Origin: Hemiscyllium ocellatum
Lineage: Eukaryota
NCBI RefSeq assembly: GCF_020745735.1
Contig: NC_083428.1
Location: 39,866,001 to 39,930,000 of the forward strand
Direction: 5' to 3'
Length of the DNA stretch: 64,000 bases
Shown: one piece after another, positions 12,443 through 23,700 of the stretch
Layout: each line of letters opens with the position of its first letter
How positions within the stretch are numbered: the first letter of the stretch is position 1
The notes under the pieces: generated by a model
What the model was told of the DNA's origin: nothing
What the model saw: only the letters and a program-made list of their open reading frames with translations
Databases searched by the model: none
Program-made: the position numbers and the translations under genes

Positions 12443-14398
12443 TTGTATTGCATGTTAAATCTCTCGGTCCTTCAATACTGTTGTAGGATGCTGGGGACAC
12501 TTAGGGTTACCATATTAGCCTTCTTAGTATTGGAATTTTGTCAAATGATCATGTCATCTCCATATTTGTTATTAACGATCCCTGAGTCTGAACATCCGCA
12601 AGTAATTGAAGTCAATGCTTGCAGCCTAGTAAAATGCGCAGATGTAAAGTATCAAAGGGAGTATATTTCCTCTGAAATCTTTCTTAAGACCCTACCGGAC
12701 ACAAGGTATGGTTTGCAAAAACCGCCACATGGCTCTATCCATAGAAGCCCCCTTTCGCCCAGCCCTAGACTGTTCTGACAAAAAGTGCCACCCGATATAT
12801 CTCACCATTAGGAATACCTCCTCTGAAGAGTCCTTTCCCCATTAAAAATGGGTTTCGACTCCTTAGTAATGATTTAAAGATAGTAATAGCTGTCACTGGG
12901 AAGTGTTTTTCTGGCTGCTGTTTCCGAATAGTCATAGGAAACGGAAAATGAGCTAAACCACTTGATAGTAAGATACAACATTTTGCCCTTCCCAACAACC
13001 CAAAGGTGGTAAAAATTATAGAGGTGAAGGACTTGAAGCAGACCAATGAAATAAAAACTAGATACGGGGACACAAATACCTGGGTTGAATAGGTAAAGTT
13101 CACTGTTAAAACTCTGAATAAAAGCAATTGCTATACATGTGCCTCCAGTAGACCAGTTGCCCACAGTCCCCTTTCTGCTCGGGTGGAACTGAAACAGGAA
13201 GGGCATGGGATGCATGATAGCCCTGTATCAGGATAAGGCTGCATGGAATGATAGGAATTGTATATCCCTATCTCTAATGTTCACTTCTTTGGAGAAGACA
13301 GATTTGAAAGTTCCCCCCATATTTTTGACCAGGGTCGGGAATCACACATCGTGTATAAGCCAACAGGGTACTAATCAGTCTCGAGACTTGGGGGAGCTGA
13401 GGTTATGTATAGAAACTCAGAATGACACAGAAACAGACAAAGGAGGGAACTACTCAGCACTCAGGGTTCCCTGGGCGGATCTCTGGTGGTACTGTGGAGG
13501 CAGAATATTGCGACCTACCCTACCTCCTGACTGGAGAGGGATATGTGCAATTGTAACAATTGGCAATCCCATTCACCTTGGTATTTGAGAAGGAGAAGGT
13601 GGTAGTAACAAAGAATGAGAGGAGTAAAAGGTCATTATTAGATACTTCCTTTGATGATAAGCTTTACCTCAACTCCATAGGAGTTCCTAGAGGGCTCCCC
13701 GATCAGTTCAAGGCTGTCAACCAGATTGCAGCAGGTTTGGAATCAGTCCTATTTTGATGGGTAACGGTCAACAAGAATGTGGATTGGATAAACTATATTT
13801 TTATAACCAGCAAAGATTCATCAATTACACTAGAGATGCAGTCAAGGGTATTTCCGAGCAACTTGATGCAACCAGCAGAATGGCCTGGGAAAACAGACTG
13901 GCCTTAGTTATGATCCTAGCCGAAAAAGGGGGTGTATGCGTGATGTTAGGAGATAGCTGTTGTACCTTTATTCCAAATAATACAGCACCTGATGGGTCAA
14001 TCTCTCATGTCTTGCAAGGATTGACCACCTTGGCGGAAGAATTGGCTGAGAATTCAGGGGTGGACACATCACTCACGGGATGGCTGGAATCATGGTTTGG
14101 GAAGTGGAAAGGCGTGGTAGTCTCCATCCTCACCTCCCTGATAGTGGTAGCAGGGGTACTGACAGCAATTGGCTGTTGTATCATACCTTGTGTACAGGGG
14201 TTAACCCAGCGGCTGATTGTTTTGCCAAGTCTGTCTCAAACACCCCTAAAAGGTAATCAGGCAGAGGAACTCAACCTCTTGAACAATGAGGGGATGGGTG
14301 ACCTTAAGGAATTAGCCATGATAAATGAAGTCTCAGGGATGATGCTAGCGAACTGGAAAGCAACTTATGAGACAAATGCAGAAGACAACACTTCGTAG
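12443..14398 (+). pseudogene. env: Gamma-type envelope remnant, HERV-I / EnvP(b)-like
   Basis: CYTC CXXC motif (near 13130), furin site RSKR, GVPRGLPDQFKAVNQIAAG, ISD-like MAWENRLALVMILAEKGGVC, CX6CC (CVMLGDSCC), TM segment VVVSILTSLIVVAGVLTAIGCCII. Broken into at least four ORFs. Family assignment is from recalled motifs, not a search. Confidence 0.9.
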
Positions 14399-14419
14399 CC
14401 AAGAAGAAAATTTTGGGAT

Positions 14420-14983
14420 TGTGACATATAGGGTTAAAATTGTGCAGAATAAGGGAACAGGTGTTGCTTCTGCAAAACCTTACATTATAAAATTAAGCTG
14501 TACATACCAATACTAAACAATGAGAAGTGAAAACAGGTAGAATTATCTATGACTAATAAGGCAGAGCAACCGTGTAGCAGGATGTACCAGGCCCAGGAGA
14601 ATAGTGTGCCAGTCACAGGAGGGACATGGCCAACGGATGGAATTTAGTTTGCCAGGATAGTCACATATAAGGAATGAGATAAATAAAAGTAAGGGGCGAC
14701 AGGCTTAGAGTAATGGGAGAAGTAAACAGAGGCAGAGAGAAGCTAGACAAAGGTGAAGTGAAGTAGAGCTTGTGATAGGCGACGTGCTACAGCAAAAGTA
14801 ACGAATGGGGTGAAAGGAGAGGACCGAGAGACGCAGCTGAACAGCATAAATCAGAATGTAACCCTCAGATCGGGGAGCTTACTCGTTAGGCATCCATTCT
14901 TGCAAGTATGTATCAATAAAATTCGCTGCTTCAGAATTTGACTTGGACTGAAATTTATTAATATGTGAGTTTTGTTTCTCACA
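14420..14983 (+). repeat. ERV 3' LTR (564 bp)
   Basis: Follows purine-rich aagaagaaaa...gggat; starts TGTGA and ends TCACA (5-bp inverted termini); TATA-like cataaat near 14846 and AATAAA at 14915-14920. Confidence 0.88.
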
Positions 14984-16559
14984 GTTTATCACTCACTGTT
15001 CTTCCAATTGTTCTGTTTTATGAGCTGTTGTTTTAAATCCCAGCACTACACACAAACAGTTTGTAACAAAATGTGTATAACTCAGATTCCAGAATGAAAT
15101 GTGGTGAGAGGTGGTGACATTGCATGGAACTGGAATACAGGGACATCCAGAAAGCCTTTGACAAACTATTACACAGGAGATCACAAAGGGACAGTGGAAG
15201 AGGGTGAAGAATAATGAATTGAATTAAGATGTATTGGAAGAGATAAACAGAGTGAAGGGGTTAAGAATATTTTCTCAGACATAGTTCAAAGTGGACAGTG
15301 GAATCTCAGTGTCTGTTCTGGGATCATTTCAGAACAAAGGTAGAAAAACAACCTGAAAATACAACAAATTTTCTTGTATCTCATATTCAGGGCATTCTGA
15401 AACACTGGCCACTCCAGTTCGCTTCTTGGTGTTTGCTCCCCCAGACCTCCATGTTGGACACCCAGCACCAACACCTCAGGGCATGCTCCAGGGGCACTGG
15501 CCACATGCCCCCCACATCCATAGATGTGGCATCAACACCTGCCAGCCTCTCCTCATCATCATGGCACATCTCTGATCCACCAACAGTTCCGCACTTCAGA
15601 GTGTACAGGCAGCTGCCAGGGCAATGCTGCAGCAAACACACTGTGTACGCAGGGACAAAGGGATGGGGTCAGTCCTGGGGTCAATAAAATGCATATCAAG
15701 GGGGTTGGAGTGGAACCAGGAGCACTGCTGTGACTGGGAGGTGGAGGGACTCAATGGTGGGGAGAGTCAGCGGCAGCCTGGTTTACGGAGAATACAAAGA
15801 TGGCGAAGGGGATTGGGGCGACACTTGAAAATGTAATGGCAGAGCCAGTTGTGCTCGTGGGGGAATGGGATACTACGGGCAGGGGAGTTATAGACAGTCA
15901 TCACCACTGTGGCCTCTACAGTGCAGCTCGATAGTGGACATCACTGAACTGTCGTGTCTGGGCTTGGGGGGCACACTATTTGATGTGATGGCTGTCAAAG
16001 TGTAGGGATTTAGTAACAACAGGCTGTCCAGGGAGAGCAGGTAAAGGGACAAGTGAGTTCATGAGTTGGTTGGACCTGTGTTCCATCGGAGCCTGATATC
16101 ATGGTGTCCAGTCTGACCTGCTTTCCCTTCCATATCTGTCAATTCGTGTGAATGATAAATGGCTGGGATCACATCCGTGTGGGTGAAGTCTGAGGCAGTT
16201 CAATGGGTAAAAGGAGGACTCCATTTCTGAGTGAGGTGTAGAGTACAGGTTCACATCATTTGCCTCACATCATACAATGTGAAATACACGCAGTGTACAT
16301 GTGTGTTGGGTGCAAATACTGGCTTCATGCAATGACCACCATGTTACTGATCCTTGCAAACTGCAGGTCAACAGTGATCACAGCTGATCTTAAAAGAGAC
16401 ACCTGTGTGCTATAAAGAACACAGTTGATGGCATGAAGCAAAATGGCACAGAACCCATTCTCTGCCCATCCAGTCTGGAAGTATTCTGTAAAATACTTGT
16501 ATACAGCACCTGAAGCTGTCACAAGCAATGGGTTTCCTCAGGCGGTGTCTAAGATACAG

Positions 16560-16870
16560 GGGAGCCAGGGGCTTTCATCCTGATGAGTGAGGCTCAGTAT
16601 TGGTGCAGGTTACGATTTCCCAGGTCACCAGGACAGAACTATGCCAGCCTCTGGATTGGCACCTCCAACCTGAAGGCATCCTATCACAGTCCCCCAGGAG
16701 GTGACAGTGCTGTTGAACGTCTATGTGACTGGCTCCTTTTGGAGAGTAAGATAATCTCTGTCACTCACTCACAGATGCATCAAGACAGCGATGGTAATGG
16801 CACCAGGGATGCTGCTTCGTTATGAGGATACCTGTGCTGTGGCAACTTCCCACAGTGAGAGGTAGAATCC
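16560..16870 (+). mobile_element. Highly degenerate PIF/Harbinger transposase remnant
   Basis: Frameshifted peptides MSEAQYWCRLRF, VTVLLNVYVTGSFW and THRCIK resemble HARBI1-type N-terminal motifs; partial copy at about 46300-46480. Confidence 0.45.
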
Positions 16871-18254
16871 AGCTACTATTGGACAGGAGGGGCACCATAG
16901 AGGAGTGGTCAGTCATTAATGAGGCAGGTTTGAACCATAGCACAAGAAAGCTGCTCGGACTCGTGAACAGACACAATGAAAACTCGACAAAACTGACAAT
17001 GTGACAAATCAAAGTGTAACATTCATGTATATTCTTTCTTTCCCTTCACATGGAGTTTTTAAATAAGCTGATGCAAAGCTGACCATGCCATAGATTCCGA
17101 ACAGAACTGGTTCGCCTCCTTAAACAGTGATGTTTCTGTTACTTAAGTGGGTGGAAAGGAATCTGAGAGATTTGGGTACGGCTGCAGTAAAATGATGTTA
17201 TATTGAGGTTGACTGTGTTCTGGACAGTCCCTCTGCTTAAAATAACAGGCCCCAGTTCCTGCTGGGGGCCAGGTGTTTGTTCATTTCACCCACTCGGAGC
17301 AGCTGGATTGGACGGCACAAACCACCCTCAAATACTGAAAGCTGATTGGCTGAAACTGACTGCTCAGCAGCTTCACTCAAACTCCTTCAAAGTTCCCATG
17401 AGGTTCCATTCATTCTCAATGTTCGGGTTCCATGGAAATAACAGATATACTTATTGTCTCAATCATATTCACCATTCTGGGCAATATTGTTAATTGTGTA
17501 ACTGGTCACCTGGTGGTCAATAGCAGGTTAGAGTCTGATAGTTAGGTGGCAAGTAGGTGCATCATTAACTAGTCACATGCTCAGCTCTTTCATGTTCACA
17601 CAAACTGTGACAGAGCAAAATTATCCAAACATTAACTGAGGGGATTCACCAACACCTCAGGCTGGATATTCCCCCTGGGGAGGGATACAGGAGTTGGGAA
17701 TGTCACTCTGCTCCAATCCCTCTCTTGGAGGCTGGGAACACACACACATTGGGATTCTCACAGAGGGATCCTCTGAACTGGCCTGGAGACAGGGTCCTCG
17801 TGAATTATGGGTGGATGGAGTGTAGCCCCTTCACAGGGCAGCATTTAGTTGCTCTAATACCCAGGCAGGCAGGAGGGCCTTTCCTTATTCAAACAGGCCC
17901 CTACACAAACTGGAAGTTGGAGACTTGCTGGAAATGACTCATCAATGTCCATTAGTTCAGTGTTAACAAGACCCTAACAGAGTCTAATTGGGCACCTGCC
18001 CTACCCTGCTGGGCCCAGACCCACAATGTCTGAAATAGCTGGAGCTGGGAATGATGTTGGAAACTTTCTACCTCCAATCATGCCTCAAGTCGGTTTGCAA
18101 ATTAAATATGTATACCAGACATTCAACAAGTGGCCTATGCTTAGAAGTTCGCTGTATCACGTTGCAGATCCATTTTCCTGCAGGAAGGCATTAGAACATA
18201 CACATTATGTGATAAAAAAGATCGACAATATGCAGATTTTTAAAAGCTCTTCAG

Positions 18255-18775
18255 GGTGGCATGTTGGTTAGCACTGCTGCCTCACAGTGCTAGGGACTTG
18301 GGTTCAATTCTAATCTCAGGTGACTGTGTGTGGAAATTGCACATTCTCCCTGTGTCTGTGTGGATCTGTTCCAGTTTCATCCCACAGTCCAAAGATTAGA
18401 TTACTTACAGTGTGGAAACAGGCCCTTCGGCCCAACAAGTCCACACAGACCACTTCGGCAATTTAGTGTAGCCTGCACAATTTCGGATTGTGGGAGGAAA
18501 CTGGAGCAAACTCACACAGACATGGGGTGAATGTGCAAACTCCACACAGTCACCTGAGGCAGGAATTGAACCCAGGTCTCTGGTGCTGTGAGTGCTAACC
18601 ACTGTGCCACCGTGCTGCCCATAAAGATGTGTAGGTTAGGTGAATTGGCCATGCTAAATTGCCTGTAGTGTTAGGTGGAATAGTCAGAGGGAAATGGGTC
18701 TGGGCGGTTTACACTTTGGAGGATTGGTGTGGACTTGGGTCAAAAGGCCTGTTTCCACACTGTTGGGAATCTCAC
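18255..18775. mobile_element. Nested, oppositely oriented tRNA-derived shark SINEs (HE1/V-SINE type)
   Basis: Plus-strand SINE head ggttagcactgctgcctcacag interrupted by a minus-strand copy (about 18397-18620); the outer copy resumes aaagatgtgtaggttagg. Confidence 0.8.
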
Positions 18776-19031
18776 CTATTAACAAGAGCAACAAATAATT
18801 TACACTAGAAAGACATTTTTTCATAGTAGGTGTGAAGAACAATTTTAACTCCAGGGCTGGTCAGAAGATGCAGTAAACATAAAGGGAAATATCAGACAAT
18901 AAATGAGCTTCAGTGTAAAATGTGACAGTTCTTCCAGTCGGACTGAGGCATCACTGCATCAACCTGAATCTCTGAGCCTGAATGGGCGGGTTTCAGATCC
19001 TTGCTCTGGTTGGTCAGTGTGAATCGCTCTC

Positions 19032-19071
19032 ATTTGCACGGATTTCCTTCCTGTTGTGAAGGGCTCTATAA
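19032..19071 (+). promoter_or_regulatory. IgL V promoter: octamer-like ATTTGCAC and TATAA
   Basis: ATTTGCAC at 19032-19039 (one mismatch to ATTTGCAT), TATAA at 19067-19071, leader ATG at 19147; conserved in cluster 2. Confidence 0.7.
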
Positions 19072-19146
19072 CTGGCTTCAATGGGAACCTGCTGCCACAG
19101 TCTGTCCCAGATACAGTCGCTGAAGGCAGGCAGCTCATTGACAGAA

Positions 19147-19195
19147 ATGATGTGGATCTTGTGCTTTCTCTGTTCCCTGGCAGTGTGGCTGGGCT
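19147..19195 (+). CDS. IgL cluster 1 leader exon
   Basis: MMWILCFLCSLAVWLG + 1 nt, then GTAAGT donor; the 98-nt intron ends ttttacag and splices in frame to Y-G-Q-C-QTLTQ. Confidence 0.88.
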
Positions 19196-19293
19196 GTAAG
19201 TAAAACACTGCTCCTTCCACAGCAGCAGGTTGGGGTTTTACAGTCACCTTTAAAAGGGTCCATTTCTGATGTTTAATCCTTGCTCTTTTACAG

Positions 19294-19620
19294 ATGGACA
19301 GTGTCAGACTCTGACTCAGCCTGCACAACTGACTGTGAAACCGGGGAACACGGCCACACTGGACTGTAACATTGGAACGGATGATGGCTATTACGTGTTC
19401 TGGTACAAGCAGACACCAGGATCAGCTCCTCAGTGGATCCTCTATTACTATCACTCGCTCAGTGCGCCTACCTATGGGTCTGGGTTTAGCAGCGACCGTT
19501 TCACATCGACAGTCAACAACGGCCACAACATTTACCAGTTAATCATCAAAAACGTGGGTGTGAATGATGCCGCCGTCTATTACTGTGGAAAGTGGTTTAG
19601 CTCGGCCAGTGCTAATGTCT
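19294..19620 (+). CDS. Ig light chain V segment (sigma-like), cluster 1, unrearranged
   Basis: QTLTQP...LDCNIG...FWYKQ...DAAVYYC Ig V hallmarks; long CDR2 YYYHSLSAPTYGSGFSSDRF typical of sigma V; open frame; followed by 12-RSS. Confidence 0.95.
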
Positions 19621-19648
19621 CACAGTGACAGAAGGTAACACAAAAACT
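19621..19648 (+). other. 12-bp-spacer recombination signal sequence of V1
   Basis: CACAGTG + acagaaggtaac (12) + ACAAAAACT. Confidence 0.97.
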
Positions 19649-19954
19649 GATATCAGGAAATAACGTCCTCCTAATATCATTGTATTGGATCAAATACTCT
19701 AATATTTAAGATTTCATAAATAACTTTAATGTTGTCCTTCGGTATAATATTTTCCATTTCCCGTTCTTTCATAATTGGTAACTTTCTGAAATCACTGCCC
19801 ATTACCGAGTGTTGATGACATTTTAATGTCAGTGTGAGGATGTTGTTGTGAGGTTATTCCTTACTGTCCCACACCAACTGGGACACTGGGAATACATGAT
19901 CAATGCTGGCACTGGAGTATCTGAAGGTGTTTTCTTTCCAATTCCAGGATCCTG

Positions 19955-19993
19955 GATAACTGTATGGACTGAACCCTAGAACATCACACTGTG
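19955..19993 (-). other. 23-bp-spacer RSS of J1 with divergent nonamer
   Basis: Plus-strand GATAACTGT + 23 nt + CACTGTG directly before J; heptamer perfect, nonamer 5/9. Confidence 0.8.
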
Positions 19994-20030
19994 TATGTGT
20001 TTGGGCAAGGGACCAAGCTCTTTGTTGCAG
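19994..20030 (+). CDS. Ig light chain J segment, cluster 1
   Basis: YVFGQGTKLFVA + g, FGXG motif, GTAAGT donor at 20031; phase matches the C exon. Confidence 0.96.
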
Positions 20031-20772
20031 GTAAGTGGCTGAGAATTCCCTCTGTGGATACTAACTGTGTGAATTTAGGCACTTGATTGAAATTTAATTA
20101 TTTCCTCATGCCTGTTTCTTAACCTGAGTGAAAATGTTGGTTGTTTCTCCAGAGTCTAGCAGCAGAAGCAGAGCAATCACTCTTGGTGCTGCCTGTCTGA
20201 GTTTGTGCTGTTTCTGACATTGGCTGTTAGTTCATAGTTTTGTACATAATAGTGTTTTTGTTCATAAGTGCTTTGATTTGACCAAATCTTTTTTGCTTTT
20301 TAGCATGCTGTACATTAGTTAATGTATTTGGTGGTGGCACATTTTTGAGAATGTGGTTTAATTTTTTTTTCAAGGCTTTGAAAGTGCAATGTTGGGAACA
20401 GAGTTAAATTTAGTTCTGTTGGTTTTATTTAAAATGTGCAATTGAAAGAAAGAAACTTCATTGATATGTTTTTAATTTTTCATGCCCCAAAACATTTCAT
20501 GGTGAATTAATTAATTGAAGCTTTGTCATTGCTACTCAACTAAAAAGCAATGTGCCTACACAGAACCCATTATTAATTTTGACAAATATCAGAAGCAATC
20601 ATTCTTAGAAACCAAGCATTGCTAATGCAGTACTCAGTAAAATGCCAGTGTAGTTCCTGAGTCAGTATTTCTGTGCTCTGGTCCTCTCTCTCAATTATTA
20701 ATGCCTATTGATAACTTTGTCTGTGCTTTTTTATTTATGCACTGAACTGGAACCTGTTGTTATCTTTACTTC

Positions 20773-23700
20773 TGAAATAACCTGACAGAGGCCAGTATCC
20801 TGTCACCAAGTCATCCTGTATATACACATGCAAAGTACATGACACTGATTCAGTCTCCTCAGAGCCAGCTAATCGTGAACAGAACCTCTGACACTCCTGG
20901 TTGGTTGTTTTGGTTATTTATGTATTTGGGTTTGGATCCCCCCCCCCCCCTCCAACCCCACTATACCAACACAGTAGTCGCGCTTATTTATTTCTCCATA
21001 GCCTCCATGTTGTGTAAATGCAGGAACTCAGTGAAGACCCCACTGTGCAAATAATCGTATTCAATCTCTCCTCCACCAGGAAAAGGCACCCAAGTGGCCA
21101 GGGAACCAGTGACAAGCAAAGCCCAATAGGGGAAAATGCTGATCTAGGGAATTCAAAATGAAGTGGGAGGGTGGGGCTGGCACTCCTATTTCAAAATGTT
21201 ATTTATTTTATGTTTATCTTTTTCCCATCCTCGTCACAGTCCATTTACACATGGAGAGTCCTTGACACTGATCCAGATCCCTCAGAACCAGCTCTGAGTG
21301 ACCAGGATGTCTTAACATGCCTTTTTAAACATTTTTTTTTATTAAACAATTCAGTTTATGAAATAATTAACATTAACAGCTGTATACAAAGAAACAGCAA
21401 TTTTACAAGGGAGAGGAGCAGCAAAGTCAGGTCCCAAACCTGACTGTTCAACCAGTTTACAGGGAAGTGAAGAACTTCAAATCCCAGTTTCAAACATGCC
21501 AAGACAGTAATAATGACATTTGTAGACACTCCTATTTATACCCATCACCCAGTGTCCCCTGATTGGACCAGATTAACAACAGCATCGATAAGGAAACTCC
21601 TATTCTATGAGGGCCATCTAGTTAACCCCATCACAATCATTACATCCATCCCCCTCTCTGTCCGGGGACAGAGGCCTGTTCGTTTTCTCATATCGTCTGT
21701 AGTGGGGGTTTACCCACCAGGTCCGGTTACTCCGACTCAGCCTCGGATACACAACAAGATCCTCGCACCCGGAGCGTGTTGGAAGAAATTGCTCCTTTTC
21801 TTCAGGTGGTTACGGTGCTGAGGCTGCAACATCCACCATGTCTGTCTCTGACTCTGACAGATGGCGGGTCGGAGTGGGTGGGGGTGAAGCTATGGGTTCC
21901 TGTAGCCTTTCCGGCTGATCTTGGGGACCAGGTATTTGACCCTGTCACGTTTGTGAGTTTGCAGCTTTCATCTGGTCCACATGCTTGTTCAGGACCAGCT
22001 CACTGACTTGAACTTTGTACATGACAGGACCTGACCTCTCATCAGCCATGCCTCTTACTCATGCAGGTCCACTTCCATGATATCGACGCCAAACATTGAC
22101 TTCTGTTGTAAACTGTCTCTCTCGCCTGGCATAGTCTTGTGTCCAGTGTTGATGTTCCTGATGCTGTTTCACTTTCCTGCTCCCCCTTCCCCAGGTCCGG
22201 GAGGATAAGCTTTAACCTGATGTGGAGTCTTCTCCCCGATAGCAACTCTGTTGGAGCTATTCCTGTAGCTGCCAGAAGCTATATATTAGATTAGATTACT
22301 TAGTGTGGAAACAGGCCCTTCGGCCCAACAAGTCCACACCGACCCGCCGAAGCGCAACCCACCCATTCCCCTACTTTTACCCCTTACCTTACACTATGGG
22401 CAATTTAGCATGGCCAATTCACCTGACCCGCACATCTTTGGACTGTGGGAAGAAACCGGAGCACCCGGAGGAAATCCACGCAGACACGGGGAGAACGTGC
22501 AAACTCGACACAGTCAGTTGCCTGAGTCGGGAATTGAACCCGGGTCTCTGGCGCTGTGAGGCAACAGTGCTAACCAGTGTGCCACCGTGCTGCCCATAGG
22601 GTGGTCAGATAATCGAATAGAAGCTGGGATAGTTTGGTAATGAGTGAAAGGGGAAACTGTGTTTCTTTAAAGTTTGCCTTCAGTTTGGTCTGGCTCTCCA
22701 CCAGCCCATGGGACAATGGATGGTAAGCAGCTGACCTGGTGTCCAAGACTTGTCTGTGACCAAGACTTCCGGGAGTCTGTATTACAAAAGATGTTTGCTG
22801 CTGCTGATGGTAATTTTTATCCCTGTTGGCACTCTGCACACTGACCCACCAACGTGGCTATGCCCGCATCCAATCCTGGCCACCTGACATGACCTCTATC
22901 AACATCTTCATCTTGGACTCCCCTGGATGATCCTGGTGGAGTTGAGCCAGGAACTGAGAGAGTCCTTTGTGTGGGACACTCCCTTCCACTCCCCATAATA
23001 AAATGCCATCCCCTACAGTGATCTGGTCTCACTGAGTCCAGGAAAGTATTCGGTTCAGGCTGTGATGGCCCTTTTGATGTTTCCCCCATCGGCGCCAGCT
23101 GTTATAGTTTTGCCAGGACGGAATCTTTTTGTGTCCACATTCCGATATTTGTAGCGGTGGCCGGAAGGGACTCCGGAAAGTTTAAACCCAGAACGGACTC
23201 TTCCAGTGGCCTCACTACCATTGGTGTATCTGCTGGCGGGAGGCAGCTCAATGCATCCGCATTTTCTACTTGGCTTCCCGGACAGTGTTCCCAGTTGTAA
23301 CTGTGTGCACTTCGCCTGAGAGCCCAATGCTGAATTCAACCTGGGTGGCACTGCGTTCTCCTCTTTGAGTAGCCCTACCTGGGGTTGGTGGTCAGTTTCT
23401 ATGACAACTTTACATGAGCAAAGGTATTGGTGCAACTTCCCCTCAGGAAAGATAACTGTTCACTTTCTTTCTTTGTCTGGGTGTATTTGTGTTCTACATT
23501 AGCCGCAGTCCAGGAAGTGCACACAATTGGGCATTCTTCTGCTTTGGGACTTGTGACTGGTGCAGACCAGTCCATAAACTGTATGGGTTTGATTTTTCCC
23601 CGGTATAGGTTCTCAGTCTAGCCGAGGCCATATGCAAAGTTAAGGGTTGGGGTCCAGAATGAAGTTTGTTCTAGACTGGTTCTGCAATCACTGATACAGC

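Larger units (their letters stand above)
10739..14983 (+). mobile_element. 5'-truncated class I (gamma/epsilon-like) endogenous retrovirus: pol 3' half, env, 3' LTR
   Basis: Boundaries defined by the empty site in copy 2 (gatt|gtttatcactc at 44379/44380); RNase H, integrase, env and LTR motifs in retroviral order. Confidence 0.95.

Noticed and set aside
10739-14983. ERV fragment as a LINE-retroposed processed transcript
   Set aside because: It ends at the complete U5 terminus TCACA with no poly(A) tail or long TSD.
17203-17493. 96-aa ORF preserved in both copies as a novel gene
   Set aside because: It starts at TTG, has no recognisable domain or splice context, and its preservation follows from near-identity of the DNA block.
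19014-19328. 104-aa antisense ORF duplicated at 48656-48970
   Set aside because: Shadow of the promoter/leader/intron sequence; no independent support.
22285-22595. tRNA genes at SINE heads
   Set aside because: The A/B-box-like heads run into SINE bodies and tails; no standalone cloverleaf.
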